Shown here piece after piece: positions 25,775 to 32,000 of a stretch of DNA of 32,000 nucleotides. Below the pieces are notes generated by a model that saw only the letters and a list, made by a program, of their open reading frames with translations, searched no databases and was not told where the DNA came from. Source of the stretch: an uncultured Opitutales bacterium (GTDB lineage Bacteria > Verrucomicrobiota > Verrucomicrobiia > Opitutales > Intestinicryptomonadaceae); the NCBI GenBank assembly GCA_934660865.1, contig CAKUIA010000019.1, forward strand, positions 1-32,000. The letters are read 5' to 3'. The position numbers were made by a program, and so were the translations under genes. Within the stretch, counting starts at the first letter, position 1. Each line of letters opens with the position of its first letter.

Positions 25775-26365
25775 TTAAGAATCGCGCAATGCAACGGGCT
25801 TGCCGAGAACTTCGGCGCAAACCATTGCGTTTTTTAAAAAGGGCTTGTTTTTAAGCAATTCCGACAAATGCGAATTGTTGTCTAAAAGCCCGTTTTCCTC
25901 GGGCTTTGCGGCATATTTTGTGTGCACGTTTTCAAGCCTTAGCTGCGTTTCCCTTAAAACGCGCTCGGCCTCCTGCAAAGACTTGTTGTAGTCGAAATGC
26001 TCGAATGCGGGCGCTTCGGGCGCCTTGTGCGAATAGGCGTCGATATGCTCTTCTTTGGCAACGGGTTTTGCGGCGACTTCGGGCTTGGGTGCATTTTTTC
26101 GGCTTTGCAGCTCCTCTTTTATTTCGTCGTAAAAATCCGAATAGCCTGCTTGTTCTTCGCGCAAAACGCCGCGTTCGCCGCCGTTTTCAGCCTGCGCGTT
26201 GCGGCGCTTTAGCTCCTGCATGCGCCTTTTTGCCGCTTCAAAGTCTTTGGTGGTGTTTTGCGCCTGCTTTTTGATATTTTTTGCCGCGCCAAACACGCCA
26301 AAGAGCACCCATAATACAATCATTATTATGGGTATAATCTCGGATATGTCGGATTCAAACCGCAT
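25775..26365 (-). CDS. Hypothetical single-pass membrane protein with charged/coiled central region
   Basis: The 196-aa ORF has one N-terminal TM helix (IIPIIMIVLWVLFGVFGAA) and an E/K/A/P-rich middle. It ends in a conserved-looking C-terminus (NAMVCAEVLGKPVALRDS). I recognise no family. Its TAA stop directly abuts the recQ ATG. Confidence 0.55.
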   Translation of the reverse strand: MRFESDISEIIPIIMIVLWVLFGVFGAAKNIKKQAQNTTKDFEAAKRRMQELKRRNAQAENGGERGVLREEQAGYSDFYDEIKEELQSRKNAPKPEVAAKPVAKEEHIDAYSHKAPEAPAFEHFDYNKSLQEAERVLRETQLRLENVHTKYAAKPEENGLLDNNSHLSELLKNKPFLKNAMVCAEVLGKPVALRDS

Positions 26366-26374
26366 TGTTTTGCA

Positions 26375-27391
26375 CTACTTCTTTGCGGGGCTTTTGCCCG
26401 AAATCGAATCGCGCATATTTGTGTCGGACTGAATGTTCTGCAATTTATAGTAGTCCATAAAGCCCATTTTGCCGCTCTTTAAAGATTCGGCCAAAGCCAA
26501 AGGCACTTGCGATTCGCTTTCTACAACTTTCGCTTTCATTTCCTCTACCTTTGCCTTCATTTCCTGCTCCAGGGCAACGGCGGCGGCCCTTCTGATTTCG
26601 GCTTGGGCCTGCGCCATATTCTTGTTTGCAATGGCCTGGGCTTCCTGCAACTTTGCGCCTATGTTTTCGCCTACGTCCACGTCGGCAATGTCTATCGACA
26701 AAATTTCGTACGCCGTGCCCAAATCCAAGCCGCGGCCCAATACAACTTTGGAGATATGGTCGGGGTGCTCCAAAACAAACTTGTAGGTGTCCGACGAGCC
26801 TATTGTGGAAACTATGCCTTCGCCGACTCGCGCGATAATGGTTTCCTCTTGGGCGCCGCCTATAAACGTTTTAAGGTTTGTCCTTACGGTAACGCGGGCG
26901 CGCACTTTAACTTGAATGCCGTCTTTTGCCACGCCGTCTATGCTGTGCCTGCCCGAATTGGGGTTGGGGCAGTCTATAACCTTCGGGTTAATTGAAGTTC
27001 TTACAGCCTCGCCGACGGTTTTGCCCGTGCCCTTTGTGGCAAGGTCTATCGCCCTTGCCTTTTCCCACGACAGGTCCATACCCGCCTTGTTTGCGGCTAC
27101 AATAGCCTGAACGGTGGGGATTAGGTTGCCCTCGGCCAAATAGTGCTCTTCGAGTTGCGCAATGCTTAAATTCAGTCCCGACTTAACCGCCGTAATGCGC
27201 GCGTCTACAATCATTCCGTAGGGAACGCCCCTAAGTTTCATCGCCAAAAGCGTAAGCATCGAAACGGGAGCGCCCGCCAGCAGCGCCTTAAGCCAAGTGC
27301 CGACAAAGGTTACAATTACCACCAGCACAACTATTGCGGCCAATAGCGTTGCAACTATTATTATCGTATTTAGTGAGTCTGCCAATAGCAT
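26375..27391 (-). CDS. floA: Flotillin-like protein FloA (YqfA/UPF0365, SPFH superfamily)
   Basis: The 338-aa ORF is near-collinear with Bacillus subtilis FloA: [46 protein letters not shown] and [13 protein letters not shown]. Confidence 0.92.
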   Translation of the reverse strand: MLLADSLNTIIIVATLLAAIVVLVVIVTFVGTWLKALLAGAPVSMLTLLAMKLRGVPYGMIVDARITAVKSGLNLSIAQLEEHYLAEGNLIPTVQAIVAANKAGMDLSWEKARAIDLATKGTGKTVGEAVRTSINPKVIDCPNPNSGRHSIDGVAKDGIQVKVRARVTVRTNLKTFIGGAQEETIIARVGEGIVSTIGSSDTYKFVLEHPDHISKVVLGRGLDLGTAYEILSIDIADVDVGENIGAKLQEAQAIANKNMAQAQAEIRRAAAVALEQEMKAKVEEMKAKVVESESQVPLALAESLKSGKMGFMDYYKLQNIQSDTNMRDSISGKSPAKK

Positions 27392-27398
27392 GATATTT

Positions 27399-27860
27399 TT
27401 ATTTCTCCGATTTTTTTACTGTTAATCTGAAATTGTCGCCGCCCGTAATCACCAGTCGGCTGCCCTTCTCCACAAAGCCCAGCTCGCTTTGGGCTTCGAA
27501 TGTTTTGCCGTCTACAACAATCCTGCCCGTAGGCGACATATCCGTTAGCGCCGTGGCCGTTTTGCCCGCATACGCCAAGGCCGAATTTTCGGGCTCGCTT
27601 GTTTTTGTGTCCAGCGAAAGCGATTTTGTAAGCTTCATTTTCGGCAAAAATTTCAGCCCCATTGCAATCGCAAAAATCGAAACTATAACGCACAGCACGC
27701 TTATCAGCAATCCTGCAACCAAACCGAAGTCGGAAAACGCCAAAAATATGGCATACGCGTAGCACAAAACCGCCATTATGCTTAAAGTCCCGAAACTCGG
27801 CAAAAAAAATTCCAGACAAAGCAGCACGCTGCCTACAATAAGAAGCAATAATAAGTCCAT
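27399..27860 (-). CDS. nfeD: NfeD-family membrane protein (short form, C-terminal OB-fold)
   Basis: The 153-aa ORF has three N-terminal hydrophobic helices and a C-terminal NfeD-like segment ([29 protein letters not shown]). It ends 7 bp upstream of floA, the classic partnership. Confidence 0.8.
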   Translation of the reverse strand: MDLLLLLIVGSVLLCLEFFLPSFGTLSIMAVLCYAYAIFLAFSDFGLVAGLLISVLCVIVSIFAIAMGLKFLPKMKLTKSLSLDTKTSEPENSALAYAGKTATALTDMSPTGRIVVDGKTFEAQSELGFVEKGSRLVITGGDNFRLTVKKSEK

Positions 27861-27873
27861 ACCCGAAGTAATT

Positions 27874-29706
27874 TTATCTTTCGTAAAATACGTTCATACC
27901 GCAGTCTTTGCAAGTAAATTCTAGCCGCAGTTTTGCGCTGTCGTTGGCCAAATACAGGGGCTCTAGAAAGGGCGTTTTCGCCTTTTTTTTGCACAGCCCC
28001 AGTTCCCTTAAAACACAGTGCGCCGTGCGCATTACCCTTTTTTTGTCCATATCCATACCGCTTTCGGGGGCGTGCGTTATGTTTTGCACGTTGCAGCGGC
28101 GGTAAAACGCGTCGGACAACCCGTTAAGCGAGTTTAGCTCGAAGGAGCTGTTTTCGAACAATTTTGCGCCGTCGGGCGAAATCCCGCGCCTGCGTTTTTT
28201 TGCAAGGTACTGCGCATTGTAGGCCTGCAAAATATTGCCCTTTAGCTCGGCAAAAAGCGCCCTTCTTATTTCGTTTATTTGCGAGGCTTTATAGAACGGA
28301 ATTTTGCCGCCTTCAAAAGAAAAGTTTTCGACCAAAAACGGATATTCGCCGCCCTTTAAAAACGAAGTTTTCACCCTTTCGCACGCCGCCGAAAAGTTGT
28401 CGGCGTTTTCTTCGAAAGCAAACTGCCGCACCGCCGAAATGCCGTTTTCGCATTCCAGCAAAATCTCGAAAAATTTGCCCGAGCACTTTGCCGACATTTT
28501 GCACGACAACATTCTTGCAAACTCCCTGCAAAAAAGCCTGTCGTTTGCCGCCGAAGAATTGCGCCATATTTGGCTGTTTGCAACAAGCGCGCCTTGCCCC
28601 GAGCATTTTGCAATGCCGTTTTCTACCTTTTCAACCCTAAAGCCGTAGGCTATATTGTCGGGCGAAAGCGCAAAAAAGCCGTCTCCGTTTTCTATTTTTA
28701 GCCCGTTTAAATAAAAGGCGTTTTTGCCGTGCAATTTGGTTATTTTGCCCAAATACTGCCCTCTGGATTTGGGGCTTTGCATGCTTGCAAAATTTTTCGG
28801 GGCGTTTTCCAACATTCCGTAGTCGGTAAAACCGCGGTTAAAAACCTTGTTTACGTCTCCCGAAAAGGGCCTTTTTACAACCCTGCCGAACGACTGCCTT
28901 TTTACGCCCTTTTGCCGCGCAATTTCGCTCAGCAAATCGCTGTAGTAGCTTGTCGTATTTTTCACATAGTCGGCGTCTTTAAGCCTGCCTTCTATCTTAA
29001 AAGACGAAACGCCGGCCTCTATCAACTCGCCCAAAAACACGCTGCGGTTCATGTCTTTTAAAGACAAATAGTAGGCGTCGGCAGCCGCCTTTTTGCCGTT
29101 TGCGTCCAGCAAAGAATACTTCATTCGGCACGGTTGCGCGCACTGCCCCCTGTTTGCGCTTCGGCCGCCTATGGCCTCGCTTAAATAGCATTTGCCGCTT
29201 TTGCATACGCACAAAGCCCCGTGCACAAAAACCTCTATTTTCGATTCGGGAACAGCCCCGGCAATTTGCCCTATTTTTTTAAGCGAAAGCTCCCTCGCCA
29301 AAACTATTGTGTCAAACCCCGCCTCGTACAAAAACTTCGCCTTTTCGGGGGTGTCTATGTCGCACTGCGTGCTTGCATGCAGGGTAATTTCAGGCAAGTC
29401 CATATTCAATATGCCCATATCCTGCACTATAATCGCGTCTACCTTGGCGTTGTAAAGGTCGTGTATAAGAGTTTGCGCCGCGTTTAATTCGCCGTCCCTT
29501 AAAAGGGTATTTAGCGCAACGTAAACCTTTACGCCGAACAAATGCGCATATTCGCAAAGGCTTTTTATGCTGTCGGTGTCGTTTGCGGCGTTCTGCCTTG
29601 CCGAAAAGCTGTTTGCCCCTATGTAGACGGCGTCGGCGCCCGCGTTTATTGCCGAACGCGCCACCTCGCAATTCTTTGCAGGACTTAAAAGCTCTACGAC
29701 CCTCAT
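27874..29706 (-). CDS. U32-family protein (annotated 'peptidase U32'; YdcP/RlhA-like long form, probable Fe-S enzyme)
   Basis: The 610-aa ORF has the U32 N-terminal barrel (ELLSPAKN...AGADAVYIG). It has the conserved Cys block HGALCVCKSGKCYLSEAIGGRSANRGQCAQPCR and a long C-terminal extension. Confidence 0.8.
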   Translation of the reverse strand: MRVVELLSPAKNCEVARSAINAGADAVYIGANSFSARQNAANDTDSIKSLCEYAHLFGVKVYVALNTLLRDGELNAAQTLIHDLYNAKVDAIIVQDMGILNMDLPEITLHASTQCDIDTPEKAKFLYEAGFDTIVLARELSLKKIGQIAGAVPESKIEVFVHGALCVCKSGKCYLSEAIGGRSANRGQCAQPCRMKYSLLDANGKKAAADAYYLSLKDMNRSVFLGELIEAGVSSFKIEGRLKDADYVKNTTSYYSDLLSEIARQKGVKRQSFGRVVKRPFSGDVNKVFNRGFTDYGMLENAPKNFASMQSPKSRGQYLGKITKLHGKNAFYLNGLKIENGDGFFALSPDNIAYGFRVEKVENGIAKCSGQGALVANSQIWRNSSAANDRLFCREFARMLSCKMSAKCSGKFFEILLECENGISAVRQFAFEENADNFSAACERVKTSFLKGGEYPFLVENFSFEGGKIPFYKASQINEIRRALFAELKGNILQAYNAQYLAKKRRRGISPDGAKLFENSSFELNSLNGLSDAFYRRCNVQNITHAPESGMDMDKKRVMRTAHCVLRELGLCKKKAKTPFLEPLYLANDSAKLRLEFTCKDCGMNVFYER

Positions 29707-29851
29707 TGTTTCAAATAAAATTCAAGGCAAAATATGCACTTAATCGGGCGCGCAATCAAGTATAATGAAAGGCGCTTTTTGCGTGCGGGCAAAAAAAATG
29801 TCTCGCAACAAAAGCCCAAGGGGCGTTTTATTTTTATCCAAAAAATTTTAT

Positions 29852-30604
29852 ATGGAAATTTTCGGGATTTATCTGACAACTTTTCAGCTTTTTGCGCTTA
29901 TGTTTAGCTCGCTATTGCTTGGAATGTCGAAAACGGGCATACAGGGAATAAGCATAATATCCATTCCGCTTATGGCGATGGCATTCGGGGCAAAGGAGTC
30001 TACGGGAGTTGTTTTGCCGATACTTTGCTTTGCCGACCTAATTGCCGTAGTATACTACAAGCGCGACTGCGTTTTTAAATATGTTGCAAGGCTTTTGCCG
30101 TCGGCGGTGGCGGGGTTTTTCCTTGCAATAGCAGTCGACAAAATGGTGCCCGAAAATATGTTCAAGGTTTTGCTTGCAATTTGCATACTCGGCGGCTTTG
30201 CGGTTATGGCGTTCGACAAAAAGCTTACGAACGAAAACTCGTGCGTAAATTCGTGGTGGTATGCGCCGCTTTTCGGCATATTGGGCGGCTTTTCCACAAT
30301 GATAGGCAACGCCGCGGGCCCCGTTATGGCGGTATACCTGCTTAGCATGAGGCTGCCGAAATTCGCCTTTGTGGGCACAAACGCATGGTTCTTTTTATGC
30401 GTAAACTACCTAAAGCTGCCCCTGCAGGGCTTTGTGTGGAAAAACATAACCCTGCAAACCCTTGCAATAGACTGCCTGGGAATACCCGCCATATTTATCG
30501 GGGCAATTTTGGGGATTTACCTTACAAAGCTTTTGCCCGAAAAGGCGTACCGCAAATTCATAATTGCAATTACAATAGTTTCCACGCTTGCCCTTTTGTT
30601 CTAA
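29852..30604 (+). CDS. TauE/SafE-family anion (sulfite/sulfonate) exporter-like permease
   Basis: This is a polytopic membrane ORF with a two-half repeat typical of TauE/SafE (DUF81). The listed ORF starts at 29765 with a basic, non-membrane leader. I prefer the ATG at 29852 (MEIFGIYLTTF...). Confidence 0.7.
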   Translation: MEIFGIYLTTFQLFALMFSSLLLGMSKTGIQGISIISIPLMAMAFGAKESTGVVLPILCFADLIAVVYYKRDCVFKYVARLLPSAVAGFFLAIAVDKMVPENMFKVLLAICILGGFAVMAFDKKLTNENSCVNSWWYAPLFGILGGFSTMIGNAAGPVMAVYLLSMRLPKFAFVGTNAWFFLCVNYLKLPLQGFVWKNITLQTLAIDCLGIPAIFIGAILGIYLTKLLPEKAYRKFIIAITIVSTLALLF

Positions 30605-30649
30605 TTTTTTGTTTTACAATGTCCGATTAATGCAAATAAAGTGTTTGTT

Positions 30650-31348
30650 ATGAAAGCTTGCGAACTTTTTACATTACCCGAATCGCTTAAGATTTTTTCG
30701 GAATTTTTCGACCCAAACGCGCAGCCGTGGCAATGGCTGCCGAAAATTAAAGACGCGTTAAACGCCATAGACTTTGGCTCTTTAAAAGACGCCAAAGCGC
30801 CGTCCGAAATTCCGCAAAACCTGCACATAGAGGGCAAAGTTTTCATACACAAAACCGCAAAGCTGCCGCCTTTCGGCACAATAATAGGCCCCGCCTACAT
30901 AGGGGCAAACACCGAGCTTAGACCCTCGGTATACATAAGGGGCAACGTTATTGCGGGCGAAAACTGCGTGTTGGGGAACTCCTGCGAATTTAAAAACTGC
31001 ATTGTTATGGACAATGCGCAAATACCCCACTTTAACTATGTGGGCGACTCCATTTTGGGCAACTTTTCGCACTTGGGCGCAGGCGTGATTTGCGCCAACT
31101 TAAAGCTCGACAAAAGCGGCGTTTACGCGCACACCGAAAGCGGAAAAGTGCAGACAAACCTGCGCAAATTCGGCGCAATTTTGGCCGACAAAGCCGAATG
31201 CGGCTGCAACGCCGTTTTGCAGCCTGGAACTATTTTGGCGAAAAAGGCCATTGTGCTTTCGGGCATAGCGTTTTCGGGCTATTTGGAGGAGAACACAATG
31301 TATTACGAAAAGCCCGCAAACCCGCGCAAAGTAAGGAGACTGTGGTAG
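30650..31348 (+). CDS. Left-handed beta-helix (hexapeptide-repeat) transferase-like protein
   Basis: The central region shows imperfect hexapeptide repeats ([LIV]-G-x4 periodicity: IGPAYIGANTEL, IRGNVIAGENCVLGNSCEF, VGDSILGNFSHLGAGVI). I prefer the ATG at 30650 over the GTG at 30641. It resembles a stand-alone GlmU-C-terminal-like domain. Confidence 0.6.
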   Translation: MKACELFTLPESLKIFSEFFDPNAQPWQWLPKIKDALNAIDFGSLKDAKAPSEIPQNLHIEGKVFIHKTAKLPPFGTIIGPAYIGANTELRPSVYIRGNVIAGENCVLGNSCEFKNCIVMDNAQIPHFNYVGDSILGNFSHLGAGVICANLKLDKSGVYAHTESGKVQTNLRKFGAILADKAECGCNAVLQPGTILAKKAIVLSGIAFSGYLEENTMYYEKPANPRKVRRLW

Positions 31349-31349
31349 C

Positions 31350-31997
31350 ATGAAAAACGTTGCAATAGTTTTGTCGGGCTGCGGAGTTTTAGACGGCTCG
31401 GAAATCCACGAAGCCGTAATTACGCTTAACGCGGTGGAAAACTGCGGGGCAAAAGCGCACTTTTTTGCGCCGAATACGGAGCAGTTAGATGTTGTAGACC
31501 ACCTAACGGGAAAGCCCCTTTGCCAAAAGCGCAACGTTTTGACCGAAAGCGCAAGAATTGCAAGGGGCGCATGCACCGACCTTTCAAAATATTCGCCCGA
31601 AGATTTTAGCGCGCTTATATTTATAGGCGGCTTTGGGGCCGCAAAAAACCTGTGCAACTTTGCAATGGAAGGCGAAAACTGCACGGTTAACGGCTGCGTT
31701 GCGGCGGCCATCGACAAAAATTTAAGCGCAAAAAAGCCCATCGGCTTTTTGTGCATTTCGCCCGTGATTGCGGCCCGCCATATTTCAAACGGCGTAAAGC
31801 TTACTGTGGGCAACGACGCTGCAACGGCAAAAGCCGTAGAGGCAATGGGGGCTACCCACGTAAACTGCGGGGTTTCGTCGTTCGTTTTCGACGGGAAATT
31901 CAACGTATATAGCACACCCGCCTATATGCTGTCGCAAAACACCGTGCAGCTTGCAGCCGGAGTAAACGCAATGGTAAAGGCAATGCTAAGCGCGTAA
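31350..31997 (+). CDS. elbB: ElbB-type DJ-1/PfpI-family protein (glyoxalase III-like)
   Basis: The 215-aa ORF is collinear with E. coli ElbB: VLSGCGVLDGSEIHEAV, FAPN, VVDHLTG, GGFGAAKNLCNFA, GFLCISP and TPAYML. Confidence 0.88.
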   Translation: MKNVAIVLSGCGVLDGSEIHEAVITLNAVENCGAKAHFFAPNTEQLDVVDHLTGKPLCQKRNVLTESARIARGACTDLSKYSPEDFSALIFIGGFGAAKNLCNFAMEGENCTVNGCVAAAIDKNLSAKKPIGFLCISPVIAARHISNGVKLTVGNDAATAKAVEAMGATHVNCGVSSFVFDGKFNVYSTPAYMLSQNTVQLAAGVNAMVKAMLSA

Positions 31998-32000
31998 AAA

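Noticed and set aside
29761-29766. A TATAAT hexamer upstream of the TauE/SafE gene.
   Set aside because: The sequence at the -35 position (about 29738-29743) does not resemble TTGACA, and the promoter consensus of this organism is unknown. There is too little to call a promoter.
1-32000. I looked for CRISPR arrays, tRNA/rRNA genes, toxin-antitoxin pairs, restriction-modification or other defence gene combinations, and prophage genes.
   Set aside because: I found none. There are no spaced direct repeats and no tRNA-like T-arm/cloverleaf in the few intergenic gaps. Every large ORF has an ordinary metabolic or housekeeping assignment. The helicase and Toprim proteins are full-length canonical RecQ and Topo III, not defence-type variants.

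Overview
I recognise about 31 protein genes and one RNase P RNA in this ~50% GC bacterial window, and most of them lie on the minus strand. I cannot determine the lineage by eye. The Tat-signal Gfo/Idh/MocA enzyme, the secreted HEAT-repeat protein and the GH28 pair are reminiscent of PVC/FCB-type polysaccharide degraders, but that is low confidence.

Layout:
- Left edge (1-522): a (TGTA)19 microsatellite that runs off the window, followed by a 5'-truncated aldo-keto-reductase remnant.
- 519-2777: a secreted alpha/beta hydrolase and an aldose-1-epimerase-family gene. They converge on a perfect 18-bp hairpin.
- 2868-3251: rnpB.
- 3260-11778: a tightly packed minus-strand hexuronate operon. It reads uxaC, two cytoplasmic Gfo/Idh/MocA genes, an SDR mannonate oxidoreductase, uxuA, a Tat-exported Gfo/Idh/MocA and a secreted HEAT-repeat protein.
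- 11878-13185: ffh.
- 13310-17775: two diverged tandem GH28 paralogues and a serine esterase.
- 17927-19303: an MFS transporter.
- 19383-29706: a 10-kb co-directional housekeeping block. It reads U32 family protein, nfeD, floA, an unknown membrane protein, recQ, panD, a class-V aminotransferase and topB.
- 29852-31997 (plus strand): a TauE/SafE permease, a hexapeptide-repeat protein and elbB.

I see no CRISPR array, transposase, integrase, toxin-antitoxin pair or recognisable defence system, and no clear-cut novel system.

The best candidates for undescribed biology:
- The uncharacterised Gfo/Idh/MocA trio and secreted HEAT protein embedded in a hexuronate/pectin locus that lacks uxaA/uxaB.
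- The close linkage of recQ and topB.
- The translational coupling of recQ to a flotillin module.
- The microsatellite/truncation junction at the left edge.

All functional calls rest on motif recognition by eye. No database search was run.
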